A DNA stretch of 64,000 nt from Gammaproteobacteria bacterium. GTDB lineage: Bacteria; Pseudomonadota; Gammaproteobacteria; GCA-001735895. Numbering within the stretch: position 1 is the first letter of the stretch; each line of letters opens with the position of its first letter. A program made the translations under genes and the position numbers. Below are positions 52,356 to 60,693 of the stretch, piece after piece. The stretch is taken from the NCBI GenBank assembly GCA_050298595.1, contig JBNKUM010000024.1, forward strand, positions 91,483-155,482, in the 5' to 3' direction. Below the pieces are notes generated by a model. It was not told the DNA's origin and searched no databases. It worked only from the letters and a program-made list of their open reading frames with translations.

Positions 52356-54106
52356 AAATCAGGACCAATATTGATATGTAAGCGCCAGGGTCTATCTTCT
52401 CGACTAATCGCGCTTGCTATATCGAATCGAACCGGACCTATCGGAGAAATCCAGCGCAGGCCGAAACCCGCGCCCTGTTTCAGTTCATCATCCAGGCTAT
52501 TAACCGCATTACCTGCATCCAGAAATACGGCTATACCCCAACGAGGATTAATGCTGTATTCGTACTCTATACTGCCTTCTATTAAATACTGCCCACCAAT
52601 TACATCGCCATTCGCATCAACCGGGCCCAGCGATTGATAACGATAACCACGCACACTTTGTGCGCCACCAGCAAAGTAACGAATAGATGTCGGTAATTGA
52701 TCAAACTCTTCGGTATTGGTGTATCCCAGCCGCCCACGACTGATGATTCGATGCGCTGCGCCCAGGCGATTTATGGATTTAATTGAACCATTGTACTGAC
52801 TGAAATCCAGATCAGATAATAAGTCTTTGGTCGCCATACGAACCCCAAGATCAAGCCGTACTCCATCGAAAAAATCAATCACCTGATTACCCCAGAACTC
52901 CTTGCCCCACACACGGCTCCAGTTCATACCTGGAATAAATAATCTGGTTTGATCATCCACATCAGCTACGGTGAAATCCTCCTGTTGATAGTTAAGCGAC
53001 ATATTCGTGCGCCACAGCCCCTTCTTGCGATTGATGTTTACACCCACTGTCTTCAGCGTACTTTCAGTGCTGTCGGTTTTCTCGTTGACCTGACCCGCAC
53101 TGTAAACAAGCTGATCAGTTCGCGGGTTATAGATAGGGACGGTGTATTGTGTACTCAGGCTGTAACCCAACTGCGAGATGCTGGCCTGAGTATCAATATG
53201 ATGTCCACGCTTATTGTAACGAGGTATCTGCCAGCCGAATTTGGCACGTGCGCCCGTATCAGTACCATAACCAAGGCCTAGACTGAGACGGTGGCGCTTT
53301 CTTGCATTTAACTGGATATCAACAGGGACCTGCAGGCTATCAGCATCAGGCTCTCCAGAACTGACTTCAACCACAGAAAAGTAATCGCTATCGTTCAACG
53401 CCTGTTGCAGCTCAAGCAATCGATCAAGATGAAAAGGATCGCCCTGTTTAAATGTCAGATAACGGCGTAACAGGCTTTCATCCAGCACCATCTGTGAGAA
53501 TCTCACTTCACCGAATTGATAACGAGCTCCAGCCTCAAAGTGTAGATAAACATTGGCTTTATAGCTCTCCAGATCAACTTCAACCTGATTCAGGGTGAAT
53601 TTAGCCCTGACATAGCCACGCACAGAAGCCAGAAGTGCGAGCTCTGACTTTATACGCTCATATTCGACATGTTTGAATGCAGCACCGGGTTTGAGCTTGA
53701 AATCATCGATCAATTCGATAAATGCAGGATCGCTACTCACATCACCATTGAGCTGAAAATCAAAGATGCCTACAGGAATCCTTGGACCTGGATCGATATG
53801 ATAGTTTGCCTGCCAGCGCCCCCCTTCCAGCTTAAGCAGTTTTGCATCGACTTTGGCCTTGTAATATCCAAAAGGTTGCAGGGCTTTACTGATTTCCTGT
53901 GGAGCTTTTTTGTTCAACCTTTGCAAGCGCCCAGGACTCAGCAGGTCACTATATTTTTGTTGTTCAATACTCAGAAACAGTCGCACATTCTCTTCAAGCT
54001 CCTTATTCACCCCGGATATCAGCACGCTAACATCAACCTGAGCCTGAACTGGGAAAGCAATCAACACAATAAGGCAAAGCAACCCTGTTAAAATTTTCCG
54101 TATCAT
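52352..54106 (-). CDS. tamA: Omp85-family TamA
   Basis: POTRA region, GYGTDTG, FAGGAQSVRGY and WISPIGPVRFDIA motifs. Confidence 0.93.
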   Translation of the reverse strand: MIRKILTGLLCLIVLIAFPVQAQVDVSVLISGVNKELEENVRLFLSIEQQKYSDLLSPGRLQRLNKKAPQEISKALQPFGYYKAKVDAKLLKLEGGRWQANYHIDPGPRIPVGIFDFQLNGDVSSDPAFIELIDDFKLKPGAAFKHVEYERIKSELALLASVRGYVRAKFTLNQVEVDLESYKANVYLHFEAGARYQFGEVRFSQMVLDESLLRRYLTFKQGDPFHLDRLLELQQALNDSDYFSVVEVSSGEPDADSLQVPVDIQLNARKRHRLSLGLGYGTDTGARAKFGWQIPRYNKRGHHIDTQASISQLGYSLSTQYTVPIYNPRTDQLVYSAGQVNEKTDSTESTLKTVGVNINRKKGLWRTNMSLNYQQEDFTVADVDDQTRLFIPGMNWSRVWGKEFWGNQVIDFFDGVRLDLGVRMATKDLLSDLDFSQYNGSIKSINRLGAAHRIISRGRLGYTNTEEFDQLPTSIRYFAGGAQSVRGYRYQSLGPVDANGDVIGGQYLIEGSIEYEYSINPRWGIAVFLDAGNAVNSLDDELKQGAGFGLRWISPIGPVRFDIASAISREDRPWRLHINIGPDL

Positions 54107-54117
54107 GTTCCGAATTT

Positions 54118-55269
54118 TTACAGCCCGTTGATATACAGGTCCAGGCCTGTCTGCAGTCCAGCAACCTTGAACTTATCGCCCATTTCACCAGGTAGCGTGA
54201 GTGTCTTAACCTGTTGTGCGAGCGCCAGATGCTCTGATGCCTCATACGCGCTGTCTGCCAATAGATCCAGCAAACCATTATTCATCAGAAACTTTGCCTG
54301 AGTGGTCATTCCCATCAGCTTAAACCCACTGGCGCTCGCGGCATCTGCGAAGGCATCAAAGTCTACAAAAGCAGTAATATCCTGCAAACCAGGAAAGATA
54401 AATGGGTCAGGGTGGGCACGGTGCTGATAGAAACACATTAATGTTCCTGTATTGCGTGCGGCATGATAATACTGCTCGCGCGCATATCCGTAATCAATCA
54501 ACAGCATGACTGCCTGTTGGCAACTTTGCATAACACTCCTGCACCAGGGGGCATAATTCAAATTTATTTCAGTACAATAATTCTGTGGCAATTGATCATT
54601 CTGATCGATAACACGAATCGCCTGCACAGCTTCACTATCACGTGAGTATTCCAGCCACTGAAACTTCTGCTCAAAAAACCCAACACCCAGCTCAATCCAT
54701 TGCTGATCCTTTACCACCACATTCACCGGCATGGCATCCAGCACCTCATTACCCAGCATTAGGCCGTTAAAATTCTCGGGTAGCTGTGACAACCAGTGGA
54801 TTTTAGACCAGTCATCAGGGCTTAAGTGCTGTTGCAGATACTGTTGCTGTCTTTGCTGCAGATCGGCGCTGGTTTCGAGAATATGATAGGCCGCCCACTC
54901 GCAGCCCTGTGCATTCAGCCGTTGTAGGATATCCACGCATAGTTTGCCGGTACCCGCACCGAATTCAAGAATCTGCCGCGGCAAACCCTGATCAAACAAC
55001 TGCATGGCCTGATTGGCAAGGCACTGCCCGAACAGGCTGGAGATTTCTGGCGCGGTAACAAAGTCACCCGCAGCGCCAAACTTGGTAGAACCCGCTGTGT
55101 AGTAGCCAAGCCCTGGCTCATACAGACAATGCTGCATATAGTCCTGAAACGAGATCACCCCTCCGGCTTGCTCGATATGATGAATGATTTTCTCGATCAG
55201 CTGGATACTATGCTCCATCTGTTCGCTGGAAGGCTGTGGTAACTCGTTACTGGGGTGATATGATGACAT
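54118..55269 (-). CDS. SAM-dependent methyltransferase, MidA/NDUFAF7 family
   Basis: GDFVTAPEIS, LEFGAGTG, NEVLDAMP, IDYG and QDITAFVDF motifs. Confidence 0.92.
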   Translation of the reverse strand: MSSYHPSNELPQPSSEQMEHSIQLIEKIIHHIEQAGGVISFQDYMQHCLYEPGLGYYTAGSTKFGAAGDFVTAPEISSLFGQCLANQAMQLFDQGLPRQILEFGAGTGKLCVDILQRLNAQGCEWAAYHILETSADLQQRQQQYLQQHLSPDDWSKIHWLSQLPENFNGLMLGNEVLDAMPVNVVVKDQQWIELGVGFFEQKFQWLEYSRDSEAVQAIRVIDQNDQLPQNYCTEINLNYAPWCRSVMQSCQQAVMLLIDYGYAREQYYHAARNTGTLMCFYQHRAHPDPFIFPGLQDITAFVDFDAFADAASASGFKLMGMTTQAKFLMNNGLLDLLADSAYEASEHLALAQQVKTLTLPGEMGDKFKVAGLQTGLDLYINGL

Positions 55270-55285
55270 GCTTTAGTCGAATACG

Positions 55286-56035
55286 ATGATACAAATGAAA
55301 TTAACCGGTAAAACTGCGCTGATTACAGGCGCTGCAAAACGTCTGGGTACAGAAACAGCAAAGACTCTACATCAAAACGGCAGCAACATCATTATTCATT
55401 ATGCAAGCTCCACACAACAGGCTGAACAACTGGAGCAACAGCTGAACCAGATTCGACCCGCATCAGCCTGTGTCGTGCAGGCAGACCTGCGAAATACCGA
55501 TGAAATTCATCAACTGGCAGATCAGGCGACTAACTGTTTTGATGGTCTGGACATACTGGTCAACAATGCTTCCACTTTCTACCCCACGCCACTCGGGCAG
55601 ATCAGTGAAGATAACTGGGACGACCTGATGGGTACCAATTTCAAGGCTGCACTGTTTTTATCCCAGGCCTGCTTTCCAGCACTAAAATACAGCAAAGGAT
55701 GCATCATTAATATGCTGGATATCCATGCGCGCTCCCCACTAAGGAATCACACGCTTTACTGTTGCGCCAAAGCGGCCAGCGTGATGCTGACCCATTCACT
55801 GGCGCTGGAAATGGGTCCAGATGTTCGAGTCAATGGTATTGCCCCAGGTGCAATTTTATGGCCAGATAATGATGCCGATATGGAGCCAGCTACAAAACAG
55901 AATATTATTAAGAACATTCCATTAAACCGAACTGGGCAACCACAGGATATTGCCGATACTATTCTTTTTCTGGCAACCAGCGATTATATCAATGGCCAGA
56001 TCATTGCAGTGGATGGTGGCAGACAACTTTTTTAA
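55286..56035 (+). CDS. Pteridine reductase (FolM/PTR1-like SDR)
   Basis: TGAAKRLG, LVNNASTFYPT, YxxxK and VNGIAPGAILWP motifs. Confidence 0.9.
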   Translation: MIQMKLTGKTALITGAAKRLGTETAKTLHQNGSNIIIHYASSTQQAEQLEQQLNQIRPASACVVQADLRNTDEIHQLADQATNCFDGLDILVNNASTFYPTPLGQISEDNWDDLMGTNFKAALFLSQACFPALKYSKGCIINMLDIHARSPLRNHTLYCCAKAASVMLTHSLALEMGPDVRVNGIAPGAILWPDNDADMEPATKQNIIKNIPLNRTGQPQDIADTILFLATSDYINGQIIAVDGGRQLF

Positions 56036-56098
56036 TTCTTATCTGGAAACCCCTGGATAGGGGCCTGAGTAAATCCAACCTGTACAGGAGAAGCAGTT

Positions 56099-56572
56099 AT
56101 CAACAATAACGATATCTTACGCCGAATGCGTTATATTTTTGATTTTAGCGATCCGCTTATGCTTACTCTATTCAAGCTGGGCGGGTATGAAGTAAATAAG
56201 CCTGAACTGCTCAGCTGGTTGGCACGCGAAGGAGAACCAGAGTTTGTTTTATGTGAAGATGAAAAGCTTGCAGGCTTTCTAAATGGCCTGATCATAAAGA
56301 ATAGAGGCCCTAAAGGTGACTACAAAGCTGAACCAGTTCTGAACAATAACATGGTGTTGCGGAAGTTAAAAATCGCGCTAAACCTGCAGGCAGATGATTT
56401 TCTTGAGATACTTAAACTCAACAAGTTCACCTTAAGCAAGCATGAATTAAGCGCCCTGTTTCGACGCCCTGAGCATAAAAACTATCGGAAATGCAAAGAT
56501 CAATTGCTGCGTAACGTACTTGATGGAATGGAAAAGCACTACCGAAAAAATCAAACCAGGACTTTTCAGTAA
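56099..56572 (+). CDS. DUF1456 (YehS) family protein, apparent ATC start
   Basis: (I)NNNDILRRMRY, FLNGLI..RG, LNNNMVLRKLKIAL and SKHELSALFR motifs; AGGAG 8 nt before ATC 56099. Confidence 0.85.
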   Translation: MNNNDILRRMRYIFDFSDPLMLTLFKLGGYEVNKPELLSWLAREGEPEFVLCEDEKLAGFLNGLIIKNRGPKGDYKAEPVLNNNMVLRKLKIALNLQADDFLEILKLNKFTLSKHELSALFRRPEHKNYRKCKDQLLRNVLDGMEKHYRKNQTRTFQ

Positions 56573-56859
56573 GCCTGCTTTTCAATACTCCTGGTTATTC
56601 CACTAATTCTTAAAATCATCTTAAGATTTACTGAAAATTGCCTATCCAGGCCTATTGGCTGATTACTTCTGGGTTCACCGCAAGAATTTGTGGGGGTAGC
56701 CCTACGTCGGGACCGATGCCTCTAAGACGTCAACGGCGAGAAATTATAGTGCGTTAACTCTTCGGTTTTTTCCCAATTTCTTGAAATAAAATGTCAATAA
56801 TCTGTTAGCCTGATATATGATTAATTTTATTTATACCTATATAGATATATTTATTTTAT

Positions 56860-56888
56860 TTGACATCTCTTACTTATCGCAATAGGTT
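56860..56888 (+). promoter_or_regulatory. Candidate sigma70 promoter for the multiheme cytochrome
   Basis: TTGACA-N17-TAGGTT, preceded by a very AT-rich tract (about 56780-56860). Confidence 0.5.
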
Positions 56889-57080
56889 TTCATATGATAT
56901 TTTTATGTTTGGAAAATTATCGAAACTGGTTATTAACTGCTCCTGATACCCCTCAAGTATTGATTTGTTAGGAAACGGAAGCCCACAACTCGGAATAGTG
57001 CTAATGTCTGGACGATCACTCCCTCACGCTCCCCAAAGGAGACAGCCACATTTCAGCCCTAAGGAAGGGGGAGGATCACT

Positions 57081-57740
57081 GTGTTGAAAAATACTCTTTT
57101 ATCCAGATGGATAGATAAGCTGGTTGCGGTACTCTTGCTTGCTTCAGCACTCCCTGCGACTGCGGGTATTCAGGGCAGCCCTCATGACTTTTCTCAGCAT
57201 GGCTGGTCTGGTGGTGAAATCTGCAGGACTTGTCATGTACCTCACAACTCGATCAGCGGAAGCCAGCCCCCCCTGTGGAATCACGAAATTTCGAATGAAA
57301 CTTACAAATTATACAGCAGCCCAACCCTGAACCCGAAGCTTCCCACCGAGCAACCACCACCTGGCGGTCTCTCGCGGATGTGCCTCTCCTGCCACGACGG
57401 TACGATCGCGATAGATTCATTTGGTGGTAATAAGGGCGGTTCAACCATTACCGGTAAGGCTAATCTGGGAACAGATCTCAGCAATGACCACCCCATTGGG
57501 ATTGAATGGGGTCATCAGACAGGACAGGCACTTTGCTTAGGATGCCACAATCTCCAGTACAATCCAGAGACTTATACCAATGAATTTGTTGGTGAGACGG
57601 GACGAGGGCTCAAATTTTTCGACAGAAAAATCGAATGTCCAACATGTCATGACGTCCATAACAATCAGGTGATGGATGTGAAACTGCTAAGAAAGCCTCT
57701 GGCAGGTTCGCAGCTCTGCCTGCAGTGCCATCCCAAATAA
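57081..57740 (+). CDS. Secreted pentaheme c-type cytochrome, OmcE-like
   Basis: GTG start with GGAGG RBS and Sec signal. Five CxxCH (C48, C101, C152, C186, C213). Blocks HD.S, CHxPHN, PLWN, LYSS, CLSCHDG, ITGKANLGTDLSNDHP, ECxxCHxVH and AGSQLCLQCH match my recollection of Geobacter OmcE. Confidence 0.85.
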   Translation: MLKNTLLSRWIDKLVAVLLLASALPATAGIQGSPHDFSQHGWSGGEICRTCHVPHNSISGSQPPLWNHEISNETYKLYSSPTLNPKLPTEQPPPGGLSRMCLSCHDGTIAIDSFGGNKGGSTITGKANLGTDLSNDHPIGIEWGHQTGQALCLGCHNLQYNPETYTNEFVGETGRGLKFFDRKIECPTCHDVHNNQVMDVKLLRKPLAGSQLCLQCHPK

Positions 57741-57982
57741 TCTGCTATTACACGATACGTTTCATCCTGCCAGCTGTTGCCCGAGATAGATAAATATCGA
57801 GACCTTCGAGTATAACTGCATAACTGTGATCACCCATTAGCTGTCTCCAGACAGTGGACTAAACTCCCTCTCGCTATAAAGGGGACAGCAAGATTACCTT
57901 TTTACCGGTTATGGAGCGATCTATAAAATACCCATTCAGTTAAAACAGTGAACTTGGACAGAAGAAGGAGCCCCGCCTCGCA

Positions 57983-58006
57983 GTAGGAGCGCCGGTTACC
58001 CGGCGC
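57983..58006. repeat. GTAG-class REP-like palindrome
   Basis: GTAG-GA-gcgccgg-ttac-ccggcgc, a 7-bp perfect stem overlapping the start of the tandem module. Confidence 0.55.
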
Positions 58007-58231
58007 GTCCTGCTCACGCCCCTTACCTATGTCCTTATAGGCAAGGCTTCCGCGTCCTGCTCACGCCCCTTACCTATGTCCTTATAGGCAACACAGAGAT
58101 ACGCCGCCGCAAACGTGCAATTCAGCTGGTATAGGGATTCACCTCTTTGGTGAAAATACAAACCGACTGTGATCGTTTACGAAACAGAGGATTACTCACT
58201 AATACGAGTGCTCAACTGTGGAATCCAGGTT
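58004..58231. mobile_element. MITE-like repeat, copy 3 (inverted relative to copy 1; two tandem nested modules)
   Basis: 41-bp perfect direct repeats at 58004-58044 and 58051-58091 (period 47); the remainder aligns to the reverse complement of 11708-11850. Confidence 0.88.
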
Positions 58232-58405
58232 CAACAAAATAAGGCGTCAGCACTCATTGAAAGTCAGAGTGTGAAAGCCTCCTACCTGGAAGAAGTCGCT
58301 AAGGATTAATGTGTGTAGATTTATGGTATGCATAGATCTGCCATAGCCACTCACTGTGCTACACTTCGCAGCAATCACACACACCTTTCTTGCTGGAACT
58401 ACACC

Positions 58406-59509
58406 ATGGCCGATCTCGGACGCTACAACAACCTCACCGTCATTGACGAGCAACCTCAGGGTATATATCTCGACGACAACGAAGAAGGTCGCTTACTGCT
58501 GCCACGCAGTCAGGTTCCGGAAGGCACAAAGAAAGGCGACAGCCTCAATGTTTTCGTTTATCTCGATTCCAACGACCGCCCCATTGCGACCTTGCAGCGA
58601 CCACACGTACAGCTGCAGCAGGCCGCAGCTCTGCAGGTCAAACAGGTAACCCGCATAGGAGCGTTTTTAGACTGGGGCCTGGCTAAAGATTTGTTTGTAC
58701 CCTTTGGTGAAATGAATCAACGCATGGAAGAAGGTAAAACCTATGTTGTCTATGTTTACCTCGATAATACCGGTCGCTTAATTGCTTCGGCTAAATTAAA
58801 TCGTTTTATTAAAGACGAAGCTATTGCCAACTGGCCCGGTGATGCCGATCCATTCGAGAAAGGTGATAAGGTTAACCTGCTTATCGCTCAGCGCACCGAT
58901 CTTGGCTATAAGGCGGTGGTGAATAACGAATACTGGGGCTTAATTCACGAAAGTCAGATTCGTAGCGCGATTCGTATCGGCCAGCGAATGGATGGCTATG
59001 TTCGCCGTGTTCGTGAAGAGGACCATCGTCTGGATATCTCGCTAGAGCCTTTAGGGCATGTGCGCATGGACCCTGTTGCCGATCAAATCATGCAGAAATT
59101 AAACAACGGCGATGGTACCCTCGGCTTAAACGATAAAAGCCCAGCGGATTTAATTGAACTGAATTTAGGCGTGAGTAAACGCGTCTTTAAAATGGCTATT
59201 GGCAAACTCTATAAAGCGCGCGAAATCGTTATTGAAGACGGCGGTATTCGTTTAACAAGCGCTGAAGAAAAACTAAAGCCCAATCCAAAACCAGCGCAAA
59301 AACCAGCGCCCAAAAGAGCGGCTAAACAACCTGCCGCCAAGAAGACCTTCATCGGTAAGAATCCACACCCTGTGCGTAACAAAAAACCGGAAGCCGAGCA
59401 CACAGCAAAAGTGGCTATAAAAACTGACGAAGCAAAACCCGAGCCAAAGAATAGCATGTATAAAAATCCAAAACTAAGAGCCAGAAGACCTCTTTCTTTA
59501 AAAAAATAA
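58406..59509 (+). CDS. cvfB: CvfB/YitL S1-domain RNA-binding protein with Lys/Pro/Ala-rich tail
   Basis: VFVYLDS..RPIAT, GAFLDWGL.KDLFVP, TDLGYK, DKSPA and GVSKRVFKMAIGKLYK motifs. Confidence 0.9.
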   Translation: MADLGRYNNLTVIDEQPQGIYLDDNEEGRLLLPRSQVPEGTKKGDSLNVFVYLDSNDRPIATLQRPHVQLQQAAALQVKQVTRIGAFLDWGLAKDLFVPFGEMNQRMEEGKTYVVYVYLDNTGRLIASAKLNRFIKDEAIANWPGDADPFEKGDKVNLLIAQRTDLGYKAVVNNEYWGLIHESQIRSAIRIGQRMDGYVRRVREEDHRLDISLEPLGHVRMDPVADQIMQKLNNGDGTLGLNDKSPADLIELNLGVSKRVFKMAIGKLYKAREIVIEDGGIRLTSAEEKLKPNPKPAQKPAPKRAAKQPAAKKTFIGKNPHPVRNKKPEAEHTAKVAIKTDEAKPEPKNSMYKNPKLRARRPLSLKK

Positions 59510-59658
59510 CAGTACGAAGTACGCAAACTGTGATTTTCGTTTTTCTCACAAAATCAATGGCTTGTAGCCATCTTTTTTGACGGCACATTCCTTTACCGCA
59601 GGAACCTCTGAATTAATCAGACGTTCCCTAACTCTCTACACAGGCATTAAGTATTCTC

Positions 59659-60552
59659 ATGTCACGTTTACAGGCTAATCTCGTTCTTTTGCTCGCAGGG
59701 GCTATCTGGGGCATGGGCTTTATCGCCCAATCCAGGGCCATGGATTCGATAGGTCCTTTTATGTTCATTGGCTTGCGTTTCGCTGTGGCTACGATAGTGA
59801 TACTCCCCTTTGCATTTTTCGAGGCACGTAAGGCTGAACAACCTTTGCAGCACTCAGACGGGAAGGGTTTTATCTGGGTCGGTCTTGCGCTGTTTGCCGG
59901 GATGTCAGCTCAGCAGGTAGGTCTGTTAACCACCACAGTTACAAACTCAGGATTCCTCACAGGATTATATGTAGTGTTCACACCTATATTGACGGTGTTA
60001 GTACTACGTATGCAACCGCATTTTATAGTTTGGCCGGGAGCAGCTCTTTCCTTCACGGGTATTTACCTGCTCAGTAACGGTAATCTTTCAGACCTGCAGA
60101 CTGGTGACTTGCTGACTATACTCAGCGCCATTTTCTGGGCAGTTCAGGTCCTGTTGATCGGTAAATTCGGTAAGCAATCAGGAAGACCTCTTACCTTGTC
60201 AGTTGTACAGTTTGCCGTGTGTACGCTTTTGGGTCTGGGCACAGCACTGATTGTGGAACCTATCAATACACAAGCCATTATGGCCGCTTTACCCGAAATA
60301 CTTTTTACCGGAATTTTCGCCAGTGGTGTTGCATTCACTCTGCAAGTAATCGGCCAGCGTTATACTACAGCTCCGCAGGCCGCTATATTTCTTTCATCAG
60401 AAGCGCTGTTTGCTGCGTTATTTGGCGCACTGTTTCTCGGTGACAGACTCAGCATGATTGGATACATAGGGTGTTTGATGATGTTTTCCTCAATATTACT
60501 GGTAGAAGTGGTGCCTGAGCTGAAAATGCGTAAAGCACGAATTGAAGGTTGA
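59659..60552 (+). CDS. DMT/EamA family transporter
   Basis: About 10 TMs; IWGMGFIAQ, SGFLTGLYVVFTP and LSSEALFAAL motifs. Confidence 0.92.
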   Translation: MSRLQANLVLLLAGAIWGMGFIAQSRAMDSIGPFMFIGLRFAVATIVILPFAFFEARKAEQPLQHSDGKGFIWVGLALFAGMSAQQVGLLTTTVTNSGFLTGLYVVFTPILTVLVLRMQPHFIVWPGAALSFTGIYLLSNGNLSDLQTGDLLTILSAIFWAVQVLLIGKFGKQSGRPLTLSVVQFAVCTLLGLGTALIVEPINTQAIMAALPEILFTGIFASGVAFTLQVIGQRYTTAPQAAIFLSSEALFAALFGALFLGDRLSMIGYIGCLMMFSSILLVEVVPELKMRKARIEG

Positions 60553-60693
60553 AAAAGCAGCAACAACACCTTCCAGCATTGAGCGACTTTTGAGTTTCGC
60601 TGAGAACCTTAATTTCTCATTGCCGTAGGACCTATGGCATGGCACTCTAGAGCCATTCCATTTTTTACTAAATCCAACACCCTTAACCCGACT

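Noticed and set aside
56655-56700. SRP RNA (ffs) gene
   Set aside because: Partial resemblance only; the conserved TCAGG-CCGGAAGG-AGCAGC loop and the long closing helix are missing.
58004-58091. 41-bp direct repeats as a CRISPR array
   Set aside because: Only two units with a 6-bp gap, no unique spacers and no cas genes; the unit also occurs inside a dispersed repeat.
11708-58231. 46.5-kb composite transposon bounded by inverted repeat copies
   Set aside because: No target-site duplication or transposase, the cargo includes core genes (pyrD, tamAB), and the copies are diverged.
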